DNA of 64,000 nucleotides from Octopus sinensis (GCF_006345805.1 NC_043015.1:21576001-21640000); one strand, 5' to 3'; counted from the stretch's first letter, positions 1 through 13,430 are shown. The notes: a model not told the origin generated them from the letters alone. Program-made: numbers and translations.

Positions 1-53
<53 letters not shown>

Positions 54-604
54 GTGTGTGTGTATGTGTGTGTGTGTATGTGTGTGTGTGTCTATTTCTA
101 TAGAAATTAGAGGCAGTACTAAGGGTCATGATGTTTCGCATACAAATACGTCTATATAATCAATATGATAGGAGATAGAAAATAAGTAATGTGTTTATAT
201 TCATGTTTCAGGAGGTTTTGCTCCTTCTTGCGCTCCACATCGATTCTATTAACCACTCATAAAACATATAGCTCAAACACATTCCTGGCAGCTGATATGT
301 ATATATGTATTGCTTGCATGGACACTGTTCTTCGATATGCAACCATAATATGCTAAGATGTATATTAGAGGCTTAGAAGTGAACAGTGTTCTTTACGCCT
401 GTCATCCTCTGCGATTCAGTCGTTCTGCAATCTCCAGAGATTTTCTATAGAAATTAGAAACAGCAACGAAAGTTACGACGTTTCCTTCATGAATACGTAT
501 ATGTAAAGAACGCGATCGCAGGTTACGATTGTATATGCGTATTTCAGAAATCATTGCTCTGTCGTCATCGTAATCGTCACCGGCATCAACTTCACCGTCA
601 TAGT

Positions 605-1309
605 CTTCTTGTTCTTAATCTTGTTCTTCTTCTTCTTCTTCTCTTCTTCTTCTTCTTCTTCTTCTTCTTCTTTCTTCTTTCTTCTTCTTCTTCTTCTCTT
701 CTTCTTCTTCTTCTTCTTCTTCTTTTCTCCTTCTCTTTTTCTTCTTCTCTTCTTCTCTCTTCTTCTTCTTCTTCTTCTTCTCTACTACTTCTTTCCTTCT
801 TCTTTCTTCTTCTTCTTCTTCTTTTCTTCTTCTCTTCTTCTTCTCTTCTTCTTTCTTCTTCTTCTTTCTCCTTTCTTCTTCTCCTCTTCTTCTCTTTCTC
901 CTTCTTCTCCTTCTTCGTCTTCTTTCTTCTTCTCTTCCTCTCTTCTCGTCTTCTCTTCTTCTTCTTCTTTCTTCTTCTCTACTGTCTTCTTCTTCTTATT
1001 CTTCTTCTTCTTCTCTCTTCTTCTACTTCCTTCTTCTTCTTATTCTTCTTCTTCTTCTTCTTCTTCTCTTCATCTTCCTCCTCTTCCTCCTCCTTCCACT
1101 TCTTTTGCTTCTTACTGCTTTATATATTTTCTTAGTTATTTTTTGATTTCCTTAAATCCTCTTAAATTTTTTTGTGGTATTCACCAAAACCAGCACCACA
1201 ACCGCCCCCACCCATCAGCCGCACATCACTACCACCACCACCACCACCACCACCACCACGATCTACAGCAAGAACAACAACGAAAATTCCTCCTCCTCCT
1301 CCTCCTCTT

Positions 1310-1357
<48 letters not shown>

Positions 1358-1370
1358 ATACTACTACTTC
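605..1370. repeat. Compound trinucleotide microsatellite: degenerate (TTC)n, (CCA)n, (CCT)n, (CTA)n
   Basis: Directly visible; it explains the poly-S/F/L ORFs. Confidence 0.95.
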
Positions 1371-2394
1371 TTGTTATTTTTGGATTTGTATCTATTATGG
1401 TATCTTGATCCTGCTTGCTCAACTTTTTCTTCCTCCTGCTCTACTTCTTCCACATTAGTTAAACCTCCCATTTTTTGATATTGTTCCCCATCGTCCATCG
1501 CCTTAGTCGCCTCCTCGCATCTCCTTCCTTCTTTTCCTCCTCGCCCTTCCCCTTCTAATTCTAACTTTTGTGGATTTTTGCTATTACTGACGTTCTATAT
1601 ATTTATTTTTCTTTCGGTTTTTCTTTCAAATGATCCTCCTTTCTTCTTTCTCATATTTCCCCCCTCTTTTCACTCCCCACACTTCCTTATTCTCCATCAG
1701 TTTCTTCATCTAAAACACTTACTTAAGCCGACATTTTGTCAATGGTTCACGTCGATGAATAAGACCTAATTATACATCAGTTTTCTCTCAATGAAACATT
1801 TTATGACCTTTTCTCGACACACTACTCCACCGTCACTCATTCTCACTTCACTATATTCTACCCACATTCATTCGCCTCTTACATGCACACACTCATGCAT
1901 TCATTGAAATCTGTGCGGACACACACACACACACACACACACGTTCTACCAATATAGCAACTCTCATATTGCCTTACGCACCTTTCCGAGCCAACAAAAC
2001 TAATATCATCTCAGCAGTAAATATGTATTATTTTATTCGCAATATGCAGCAACAAATTAGATAATTTTCTATACTATCTAATACAGCGGTCTGCTAAGAC
2101 TGCCATCATCAGCGAAACTGGTAACAGAGAGTTGTGTATTTGATTTGCAGCAACACAAGAGGCAACTTAAAATACATATTTCAGCATTGGCGTGAATATC
2201 CAAGACAAACCACCTGGTATCATTCGGAAGTATATTACGATATTATAAAATTAAGAAACGGACTGTTGCGTGGCACAGAATCACTTATTTAATGAGCAGA
2301 GAATTATATATGGATATTCATTTGGTACCGGGTGAGAAAAATATTAATATTTTATTTGGGTGCACACTAGAATGGTTTATATATCTTGCCTTTC

Positions 2395-2570
2395 ATCTTT
2401 TACTCGTTTCAGACACTGAACCATGGTCATGCCGGGGCAAAGCTTCAATAGTTTAGTTGAACAAATCGATCTCCAGTAAATGTGATAGGTTTTCCATTGT
2501 TTTCTATTGCCGAACCGCTTAGCTACGCACACATACACAAAACCGATCGTCAAGCGGCGAATGGGACATT
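2395..2570 (-). mobile_element. Diverged SINE tail
   Basis: Reverse-complement similarity to 19715-19892. Confidence 0.6.
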
Positions 2571-2641
2571 AAAAATACGCAAAATCACAGACATACATCC
2601 TTCACCTCACACACACATACAAGTGTATACCTATCTATCTA

Positions 2642-2684
<43 letters not shown>

Positions 2685-2898
2685 GAATATATATAATATA
2701 TATATATATACACCATAGAAGTAAATATGGCACAACGAAGTACCGATATTTACTGGAAAATAGCGAACGTAATAAATACGACGCTAATGTAGCTTCACCG
2801 CGTATGTACTAGCAAAATGCTGTGTGCAACAAACTTGAAAAAATTGTCTTACCTCCAGGGAGAACATCTGAAAGATGAAATACATAGATAGGGATAAT

Positions 2899-2966
2899 TT
2901 GGGACCGGTTTCAGATTTTTCAAGATATGTTTGCACACATATACTTGATTTATCTTCATCAGCCAA
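2899..2966 (-). ncRNA. Type-I hammerhead ribozyme with palindromic minimal stem III
   Basis: TTGG-CTGATGA-AGAT...(TCAAG/ATATGT hairpin)...ATCT-GAAAC CG GTC-CCAA; triplet GUC. Confidence 0.75.
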
Positions 2967-3417
2967 CATATACCCGACGACATTTCAGATGTTGCCACAT
3001 TAATGCCAATACACTCAACTGAAACGCCAAAAGGCTGACAGAACGAGAACGGTGAAGAAGTTTCAATAAAAATAGTAATGCAATACGAGAGTATTGCTTT
3101 CCAGTAAAGAATAGCCCGTGAGGGAAAATTATACATAGAAGTAAATATATGGCACAACGAAGTACCGATATTTACTGGAAAATAGCGAATGTAATAAATA
3201 CGACGCTAATGTATAGCTTCACCGCGTATGTACTAGCAAAAATGCGTGTGTGCAACAAACTTGAAAAAATATTGTCTTACCTCCAGGGAGAACATCTGAA
3301 AACATCTAAAAATATTAATGCAATACGAGAGTATTGCTTTCCCGTGAGGGAAAATTATACATTTCAGTCGAGTGTATTGGCATTAATGTGGCAACATCTG
3401 AAATGTTGTCGGGTATA

Positions 3418-3490
3418 TGTTGGCTGATGAAGATAAATCAAGTATATGTGTGCAGACATATCTTGAAAAATCTGAAACCGGTCCCACATT
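3418..3490 (+). ncRNA. Type-I hammerhead ribozyme, inverted copy of 2899-2966
   Basis: TGG-CTGATGA-AGAT...ATCT-GAAACCGGTC-CCA; stem I is one pair shorter than in the minus copy. Confidence 0.7.
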
Positions 3491-4718
3491 ATCCCTATCT
3501 AGGTATTTCATCTTTCAGATGTTCTCCCTGGAGGTAAGACAATGTTTTTCAAGTTTGTTTCACACACGCATTTTTGTTAGTACATACATATATATATATA
3601 GACGTGTGTGTGTCTGTGTGTGTAAGTATATATATATAGACGTGTGTGTGTCTGTGTATGCTAGTCTGTGCGTGTATGTGTGTGTATACATACACATATG
3701 GATATGCGTATATATAACACGTCTGTGTTAAGGATAGGCGAATTCAGAATGTGACACACAAAAGTGATGGCATGATGCGATGGTCAGATGAAACATATAG
3801 GAAATTAATCTGAAGTCATCTAGACGTGATAAACAGTATGGAATTACGACTAGAGATCCCACATTCACACCCCAGAAAATCACGGAAGGCCTTGTATGTA
3901 GTTTGTAGAGAAAACGGTAATCGAGTCTACATGAAGACACACACACACACACACACGCACACACATACACGCACATACACACATACCAACACACACAGGC
4001 ACACGCCAACACACAACTAGCTACACAAACACACACACACGCACACTCACACACTCGCACACACACAGAGGTTCGACGAGTCAGGTAGCGCTCACAGTAA
4101 GCTCTTTTCCTGGTGCGTGGCTATCGAATAACCGGGGTTCAGCTAAGATTTAACATCTTCGTCGCTCTAAAATTCCACCTCTTTACTGTGATAGAGTGTC
4201 TATATCAATATTAATCAGGTAAGAAAAGTGTAGTGAGGAGTAGATGTTGACAACTATTTTGTAATGTTTGTTAGTTACTTAAGCGACGCTACAACATCAG
4301 TCTCACACACGCATATATAGTTATAAATAGAAATATGCATCCCGTTGTTCTCTATTCTACTAACGCCTAATTCAAGCATGTTTGGTGTATGTCTATGCAT
4401 AACTTTCTGTTATAATTATATCTATATAATTATATATCAGTATAAATATTTTCCTAAATTGAGTTAAGATGCTAGCCACTTGATAGAATCATGAAATGGT
4501 TTTATCATTAATTAATGAATTATGAATAATATGTATAATTTACTGATGAATTTAGCATTTACTGTGGTATTTATTTCGATCGAAAAAGCACGTTGTTTGT
4601 GGAAATGAAATTAGATTTGGAAATGTCTATATATGTGGATGTATATATATACATATATGTCCGTTTGGATACAAGCTTGTTCATATGGTATGCATGGATA
4701 ACTATATATATTTGGCGT

Positions 4719-4783
4719 CCCATACTGATGAAATCACGGGAAATTTGTTTCCTTTAGACAGAAATCGCTCATCGATCTATGGG
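4719..4783 (+). ncRNA. Type-I hammerhead ribozyme candidate
   Basis: CCCATA-CTGATGA-(29 nt containing a GGAAA/TTTCC hairpin; closing pair of stem II imperfect)-GAAA-TCG ctcat CGA-TC-TATGGG. Stems I and III are perfect; triplet AUC. Confidence 0.65.
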
Positions 4784-5104
4784 TAACCTTTTCTTTGATA
4801 TCTGATTGATTCACTAAACTACTTTCAGCCTGTGCTAATGTGCAATGGGTGGTTTATAGAGCTTTTAGCGTCTATTTCAAGCATGTTGGCATGTGTCTAC
4901 GCATAGCATTGTGCTATAATTAACGAAATGGAGTTAACATGCTGGCCACTTGATAGAATCATTAAATGTTTTTATCCTTCATTAATTATATATATATACA
5001 TATAGATAGAAATGGCAAGACAAAAAAAGAATGAAAGATACCTCGATATTATGTAAATAGAGGAATTTATCTGTAAATGCATGTGACAATCATTCGGAAG
5101 CCAT

Positions 5105-5164
5105 GATAAAACTCCGAGTTTCGAATGTCGGAGCGACATCCACGCCGGTATCTCTTCAGTTATC
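5105..5164 (-). ncRNA. Type-I hammerhead ribozyme candidate in a foldback
   Basis: GATAA-CTGAAGA-gataccggcgt GGATGTCG ctc CGACATTC-GAAA CTC G GAG TT-TTATC. Stem I 5 bp, near-palindromic stem III, triplet GUU (a weak site). Confidence 0.55.
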
Positions 5165-5364
5165 GGGCCATCGATAGCATGTTTTTCGATAGCCCGATAA
5201 CGGTGTGGGTTTTCGCCCCGACATCCGAAACTCGGAGTTTTATTATGGCTACCCAATAATTGTCACACACTCACACACACACATACACAGACACACACGC
5301 AAACACACACATACACACAAACACACACACATATATATATATTTATATTCTTTTATTCCCTTAA

Positions 5365-5590
5365 TTTAGTTGTTTTAGTTGTTTCAGTCACTTGACTGCG
5401 GCTATGCTGGGCCTCTGTCTTTAGTCAAGCAAATTGACACCAGGACTTAATCTTTCTAAGCCTAGCACTTATTTTATCAGTTTGTTTTGTCGAAAAGCTT
5501 GGTTGCGGAGACATAAACGCAGCAGCATCCGTTGTCAAGCGATGTTAAGAGGGGAAAAACACGAAGTCACAAACATATATACACAAATAC

Positions 5591-5661
<71 letters not shown>

Positions 5662-5812
5662 CGGCAGGCTTCTTTCGGTTTCCGCCTACCAAACCCACTC
5701 CCAAGGTTTTTTCCGGCCCGATGCTATAGTAGAAAACACTTGCCCAAGATGCCACGCAGTGAGACTGAACCCGGAACTATGTGGGTGGAAAGTAAGCTAC
5801 TGCCGCACACTC
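5365..5812 (-). mobile_element. tRNA-derived SINE-like repeat with an internal (TA/TG)n tract
   Basis: Head with B-box-like GGGTTCAGTC and a tail ending CCAGCATAGCCGCAGTCAAGTGACTGAAAC; homologous to 60190-60625 and to tails at 19715, 2395 and 63635. Confidence 0.75.
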
Positions 5813-5830
5813 CTCTGCTTACTATTATAT

Positions 5831-5886
<56 letters not shown>

Positions 5887-6599
5887 ATATATACACATAT
5901 GCTCTTCCTTCACTGTATACAAGCATACGTCAACTGTCGTTCTATATTACTGTGTATATTTCTTTAGAAATTCCACCGTTCCTCTCCTTCCACCCCTCCA
6001 TCCCTCCATCACTCCGATTCACTACCTATTCCTTGAAGGAATGAAAGAACATGAACAACACGATTTTAGACCAAACAAGCAACAACGTAACTGCGGATTT
6101 GAGAATCATCCATTAAGCTTACATGACAGCCTCGAATCATATAACAACAGAAACTTATAATAGAGTATTAATTAGAATGTCACTCGTATAAATATAATCA
6201 GCCTAAAGCTATTATTAGAGGCTACACGAAAGAGATCAGTTTGTTAATAATGAGGTCATTGTTCAGCCTCTCAGTCAATTGATATACACACTTATACACA
6301 CATATATACACGAGGACATAAAAAAAAATACAAATGTGTGCAAGGGCGGAACTATCGACTCGGAGATATGGTCTATAATTCTACCTACGTATTTCACTAA
6401 TATTTTTGTTTCTTGACCACTTGACGGGTCATGTTCTATGTTTGGCATATGATGAACTCAGAATTTGATCGCATTCGTGTGTGCATACACACACGTCGAT
6501 ATGTGTATGTATGTATATATGTATGTATTTATGTTAAATGATTAAGACAAGTAAAAGAATAAAAGAATATATACACACACATATATATGTATATATATA

Positions 6600-7290
6600 A
6601 TTGAAATTTAAGAGAAAAACAAAAGACGAAGACAGGTGTATAAAAAACAAGCAGGCATTTTATTTTGACGCTCGGGAGAGCGGGAAAGTCTTTTACGTTT
6701 CGCGATTACACTCTTGAACAGAAAGGAAGACCAGAAACTAAACAGCGAGAGAATAAAAGAAACTTGTAGAGTTAGCGGTAGGTCATGGTGATTGGTTAGT
6801 CAAAGGTAGTTAGACAGGAAAGTTAGGAAGAAGGGGAGAGAATAAAGTACTGGTGATCCCAAAACGAAGGTGCTTGTGCTTGTGTGTATGGGAGAGTGTG
6901 TGTGTGGATAGGAGCTGGTGACTTTTAGGTGTGGATATGTGCGTGTGTAAATGTGTACGTCTTTAATGTGTGGGCGTGTGGACGATGGTGTGGGTGCTGG
7001 AAAGTGGTCAGTGCTAGTGTGTGCGGAGTGGTGTTGGGTGGTGTGATGTGGTGTGGATGTGTTGGGATCTGTGAATGTGAGGGTGGGGTAGGAAGTGGGG
7101 GCGGTGAGGGTATGGGTTGGGTTTATTGGAGTGGAGCGAGGGTTTGAGGGTGGGGTGAAGATGGAAGGGGTGTTAATGAAGAGAGGATGTAGTTAGGAGT
7201 GAAGAGAAGAAGTAGGTGCCAGATGAATACAAGAGAGGAGGGAATCAGATGGAGGGCATTGTGCCCATGTGGCGTAACGGAACGAAGAGA
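6600..7290 (-). mobile_element. Minus-strand copy of the same PLE 3' end family as 20780-21830
   Basis: The reverse complement shares TCTCTCTTCG..TTACGCCA, GCACCTTCGTTTTGGG, GAAACGTAAAAGACTT and ACCTGTCTTCGTCTTTTGTTTT blocks in the same order. Confidence 0.65.
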
Positions 7291-7902
7291 GATACATATA
7301 TATTTATGTATTGATAGTTACATATATGTGTGTGTCTGTGTGTATATGTACATATATTAATGATTAATACTTTAGCGACTAAAACAAAAGATATTTTAAC
7401 ATTATAACATCTAGAATAATAAATATATAAAAATATAAAGAAATATATAACTATATAAATATATAAAAATATATAAGAATACATATATATATAGGAAACA
7501 TATGAATAAATAATATATAAGGTAAGATAAAAGTTCATCGTTTAGAAATTTTTTCGATTAAAAATTAATTTTCAAGATAAGGGAAAACCTATTGTTAAAA
7601 GCCAGTGTCCAAGAAAAAAAAAAAAGAAACCATATTTACATTCCCTATGGCCATTTCACTGGTTCATCACCGTATTTAATGCACGAGGGTGCATCACGAT
7701 AATTACTCCTTCATTGGAGCGAGACCTCCTTAACCAAACCTGATGAAATATTGCATGGTTTCTTATTTAATACGTCATGCTCAGACCAGCCAAAATATTC
7801 AAAATTAAAAAAAAAGAAGAAGGAACTTATTAACTATATAAATGGCTGTATTAAATTAAATTCAACCTCGACTGTTTCAATTCCCTGTAAGAGCTAAATT
7901 AT

Positions 7903-8540
7903 TTATTTGCTACAATATCTTTTTCCTATACATTTTAAGAAGGTAGATGAAAATTTATGGATGCAAAAATGAATCACGTCAGTAAATTTATTCAGAGTGT
8001 GTGGTCCATAACACCCGAGGATGGTAAGGGATTCCTTTATGCACAGCTTCCACTTGCTAATATTTCCTTTGAAATTTGGTGTTTTAGAGACAATGGACCA
8101 TTCTAGATAATAATTCTTATTATTCTTCTTCAAATTATGTATATGGGATGCAAGTGTTGTTCAATTACAATATTTATCATTAGAAAATGAGCTCTTAAGC
8201 AATCTATATCTAGCCTTAAAATCTACCGTACTACCTATATAATATTTATTTAACTTATCCTCGTCCTTGACTACACACTTATATATGATGTTAGTAACTA
8301 GACAGGAACCATCTAAAGGACATAATTCGGGGTTTCTACAATTACATTTCTTCCCGGGCCTCTTCTAGTTTTATTTCTATTGTTACCTTTACTTTTTGTA
8401 TCATCATTTCTAGATAGGCTTCCTTCTTTCATTCGATCAAATCTTCCTTTATTACTTGGGTTCGATAGACGCGGTGAAGGCAGACTGTTTGTAGCATTGG
8501 CATTAGGCGTTACAGAATTATTATTCGCAGGTCCTTGGTC
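7903..8540 (-). mobile_element. PLE 3' remnant: GIY-YIG endonuclease of a second PLE lineage
   Basis: The minus strand translates KCNCRNPELCPLDGSCLVTNIIYKCVV...YYIGSTVDFKARY...TTLASHIHNLKKNNKNYYLEWSIVSK...KLCIKESLTIL, a CNC-x-CPL-x-C type PLE endonuclease. One internal stop; truncated at (TA)n. Confidence 0.85.
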
Positions 8541-8549
8541 ATCTATATA

Positions 8550-8598
<49 letters not shown>

Positions 8599-8618
8599 AT
8601 ATATATATATTATATATA

Positions 8619-8656
<38 letters not shown>

Positions 8657-9133
8657 ATTACATACATACATACATATATATATATATATAAACTCAACTT
8701 GTGTGTGTGTGTTGTGTGTGTGTGTCTCTGTGTGTGTATATGTGTGTTTAACTTCCCGGCACATCTCCTCCTAGCCAACAAATCGTAGAACTAACAAAAA
8801 CTGGGTCATTTAAAGTTTAGGTGAATGAAAATTGAACTGTGCTATTTCTCTTCCGAAATTCATCTCGCAAGTGCAAAAATCGATAATGAGTTTGTTTAGG
8901 CCTTATCCCATGCATTGAATAGTGAACTTTACTCAGTCAGCTCTTTGACTTTGTGAATACATACCAATTGTTTTCATAACATTATTAACGCCTTGAATTA
9001 AATGTGACCATTTTGCGATGAGTCTGCAGTTTGAATCTCTTTAACCAAATTTTAGCAGGCCGGATTTTTGATCATCACGATACATCGCCAGCGACTCCCT
9101 GAAACTCTCCCCTGAAATACCCGTTGAGAAATA

Positions 9134-9524
9134 TCTCTACATATATAAAGCTGAAGTTGTCTGTGTATGGCAGGTTTGGTAGACTTCAACTAACACTATC
9201 TCCTCCGAGACCCTGCTGCGCAAGTAAACCAAAATTGACAGTGTGATAGAAGAAGGCTTGCTCTTCCTTCCATATAACAAAAGATTCAAATCAGACCATG
9301 TTAACACCAAAAATTATTTACACCAAAAAGATGCTTTTTTTCTATGAAAATCCCTACTTTTTGCGATTTTTTGACTGCTGTGTCACCATTTTTCAGTGTA
9401 TTTCAACCAGAAAAATGTTCACTTAAAGACAATAACAAGCTACATAATGCGAAATTTTTACTTTTCAAAAATTCCAATTCTAATGTGTCGAAAGAAACCA
9501 GAGCAATGCCGGGCGATGCTGCTA

Positions 9525-9525
<1 letters not shown>
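9134..9525 (+). mobile_element. Non-autonomous Helitron (about 390 bp)
   Basis: 5' A|TC, 3' subterminal hairpin (CCAGAGCAATGCCGGG) followed by CTAG|T; no TSD and no coding capacity. Confidence 0.8.
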
Positions 9526-9580
<55 letters not shown>

Positions 9581-9583
9581 GTA

Positions 9584-10225
9584 TTGTGTCATCCCGTAAA
9601 CAATGCGTTATTTCAATTACATGAACTAAAATTCAGATGGGATTGGATAAACAGCCTACGTCAACTTGCTATAAAAATAGGTAGTAATTTTACCTTGTAA
9701 TTATTCTTAGTGCAACTTTTGAAGAGTTCAATTCAATCTTAACAGACTTTTTTTCAAAGCGATAATGGATGTGATAAAGGAGCATAATCGGCATATTTTG
9801 CTTTCTGAGTACAAGAAGGGCAACAGCGCAACGAATAGAGCGAGGAATATTAATGCAATATATGGGGACGGGACAATACGCGTAAGCCAGTGTCAACGGT
9901 GGTTCCAGAAATTGCGGGCCAGAACTACAGCCTAAAAGACGAATCTCGTCCTGAAAAACCTGTAGAGCTCGACGGAACTCCTGAAAACCATGGAGAAACT
10001 TGGCTTTGATCATTCACCTATTCATCGACACCGGCGTGACATCGAAGAAGCCAGCAAATTGGGTCAATGGATTCCTCACAAACTTTCCGACTCTAATCGC
10101 GCACAGAGAGTAAATGTGTGCTCTTCTTTGCTGTCACGTCTCAAGAATGAACCTTCTTCGGACCGAATAATGACCGTTGACGACAAATGAGTTCTTTATC
10201 AAAATGTCAAGCACCGTATCCATTA
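9584..10225 (+). mobile_element. Mariner transposon, 5' half (TIR and N-terminal transposase), decayed
   Basis: TA-TTGTGTCATCCCGTAAA TIR-like start; MDVIKEHNRHILL..KGNSA..CQRWFQK; GQWIPHKL (WVPHEL motif); RIMTVDDK (first catalytic D region). Confidence 0.88.
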
Positions 10226-10409
10226 ATATTAGAAACACTTTCAGCCTCATCAACGGTGTTCTACATGCAGATTTTAAGAGGTAGCGAATAATTGTGAGCA
10301 CATTTTTCAAACACGGAATTCCGTTAGAAATTATAGTTTGTTTCGCGCACGATTTGTTTCTGTAATAATAATTGTGTATTGTACGGCGGCGATCAGGGAA
10401 AATCGATAG

Positions 10410-10597
10410 CATGCCGGGCGAAATGCTTAGGGTTTATTCGTCTGTCTTCATGTTCTGAGTTCAAATTCCGCCGAGGTCAACTTTGCCTTCTATCCTTTCG
10501 GGGTCGATAAATTGAGTATCAGCTGCCAACTGGGGTCGATCTAATCGACTGGTCCCCTCCCGCAAAATTTCGGGCTTTGTGCCCTGACTAGAAAAGA
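10410..10597 (+). mobile_element. Second SINE-like family (GAGTTCAAATTCCGCCGAGGTC type)
   Basis: B-box-like GAGTTCAAATTC; homologous to 45505-45680, 43815-43925 and the reverse complement of 52505-52690. Confidence 0.7.
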
Positions 10598-11142
10598 ATT
10601 CATGTTTCGATGATCCCTCTTCAATCTTATCACCATACAATGTCGTCTAAATTCAAATAACACACACATATATATATACACACATACATATGTCTTTGAT
10701 ACTGCATTTACTCCATTTTCATTTCGATTACGTACCTTCAAAACCTACCTTCTCGATTCCACATCACACACTTGGTCACAAATCACAAATCGACAACTGC
10801 CCATCATCTATCTAAGTTGCGTCGAACAGCTCGATACACTTAGAATGGCATTTAAGATCTCATATATGTCTCTGTTAAACTTTTAATACGGTCAGGACAT
10901 GGTTACTCTGAGTTTCCTGTCTGAAAGCGTCAGATTACGCTTTTGTTCAGGTTTTCTTTGACAATTGGAGGTGTGAATCTAAACTCAGGTCAACGAAATT
11001 TGAACTTTCAGCTTATTAAATAATATAACACTTTATATGCAGTATAGAGAACTGTCTTTTCTTTCTTGTCTGCAATCAAGTATTCGCATTCAAGCTATAA
11101 CAGTCATTCATTTATTCATACTTACAAACATACATACATACG

Positions 11143-11181
<39 letters not shown>

Positions 11182-11188
11182 ATGTACG

Positions 11189-11222
<34 letters not shown>

Positions 11223-11327
11223 TGTATGTATGTATGTATGTATTATGCATCTGTGTGAGTGTGTGCGTGTATATATATATATAATGCAAAATAACTTTTG
11301 TGTGAAGAATATTGAATCAAAAATTCC

Positions 11328-11382
<55 letters not shown>

Positions 11383-11944
11383 GATTATTATTATTATATG
11401 TATATATCTTTTCTTTTTCTTCCTTGCTCCTCTGTCTCTCATTCTTTCTTTAACTGGCATCATCTGCAATGGTTTCGATACGTCTGATCAATGCTGTTAT
11501 ATCTTCTCTGAATTTCCTCTTCACATGAAAGTTCTTTAAGCTATAAAGAAGATGAATGCACATATTAAGGTGTTGAAGCGATAAATATGTCAGACAACGA
11601 CAGTGAATAAAATAAGTGCGCTTTACCATCCAACTTCCACATTTTATTCTTCTTCGGTTTCATGTTATATATACAGGTCTGTCTCTCTCTTTCTCTCTCT
11701 CTCTATATATACATATATATGCATATACATATACACACACACGTATATACATGTTACGAGATAGATAGATAAAGAGATACACATGTATATGTATATAAAT
11801 GCATACGTATAAACATACACGTGTGTTGTAAGCGTGTAAGCTTGTGTACATATAGTATATATATCTATATAATACATACACAGGTATATACATGCATATA
11901 CACATACATGTAAGCATCCAAAGATACCTACATACATACATATG

Positions 11945-11991
<47 letters not shown>

Positions 11992-12473
11992 GTACAGACA
12001 CACACACATACACACACACACACACATATATATATACACACACACACACGTACTTTAGAGGGTGTTATATTTTTTCATTATTCTGCTTTGTGCATTTTTT
12101 TGTTTCATCCGCCATCTTGTGTTCAACTTTTTCAGCCATCATCATCAACATCATCATCATCATCATTCTTCACTTTTCTTTTTATCACTGCTACTGTATA
12201 GGAAGCCAAATTGGTAACATAAGATAAAGTATGGTATATGGACTGTGCAGTCTGTAACAAAGTATCATTCGGAAAGGCTGAAGAACTCTCCAATTTCAGT
12301 CACTTGATTTCATGAGTGCACGAGCATTCGCAGATCTCAGGTGGAACGTAGAGATGAGTTGTAGCGTCATATTGTGTTTTCTGCTCAACCATTAATTTTA
12401 TACGGATACACATCTCTTCATAACCTTAGAAATATTATACAGTTTACTGCAATGAAGAAGGAGATTCTATTCA

Positions 12474-12602
<129 letters not shown>

Positions 12603-12999
12603 ATCTTTCTATCTAACTATGCATATATGAATGTATCTATTTATGAACACTCATTCACACCCTACCGTCTCTTTCGTCCCCCCTCTCTCTCTGTATAAAT
12701 AATACCTAGTATATATATATATATGTATATATGTGTGTGTTTGTGTGTGTGTGTGTGCGTTTCCCTGTGTGTGTATGTGTGTGTATAGCATTCCATCCGT
12801 CTTTCCGCACTGAGTTCGAATCTCAATCAGATGGATAGACAGATAAGTAGATAAATATATAACACACACTTTTACATGAGACTATATAATCTACGTGCGA
12901 CACAAATTATGCATCAATGTATGTATGTATGTATGTATGTATGTATTTATGTATGTATCTATCTATCTATCTCTCTGTCTATCTATCAATGTATATATC

Positions 13000-13030
<31 letters not shown>

Positions 13031-13430
13031 ATGATAAATAATATATAGTTTATATATATAATAAATAATATATAGTATATATATATATATATATATATAA
13101 AATAAATAATATATAGTATATATGTATATTTATATATATAAATAATAATATATAGTATATAAATATATATATATATATTCACACACACACACATACGTAT
13201 ATATGTACATGCATATATGGGTACAGGACATCACTAACGGTCCAAACGAAATGAAATACTTAAACGAACTTTTAAATATATAAAAACGGTGAAAATGGAA
13301 GGCAGAATAAGTAAACATCGAGAAAGGACTCTTCATCAGTTATCGGCTGGCTATCTACTCCTAATTTCGAGCATTCGCTCCATAAGTTCTAAAATAAAAT
13401 TGCATACATACATATATATATATATATGCT

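Noticed and set aside
95-506. Diverged 65-bp direct repeats about 347 bp apart; also 70-bp repeats at 36420 and 38270
   Set aside because: Short, diverged, and enclose no ribozyme core or coding remnant, so they cannot be assigned.
554-1458. Long ORFs rich in S/F/L/T/P
   Set aside because: They are translations of trinucleotide microsatellites, open in several frames, with no domain content.
4543-4600. CTGATGA...GAAA
   Set aside because: No convincing stems I, II or III.
7730-7810. CTGATGA with AATATT/AATATT stem
   Set aside because: Followed by CAAA rather than GAAA, with no stem III or stem I partner.
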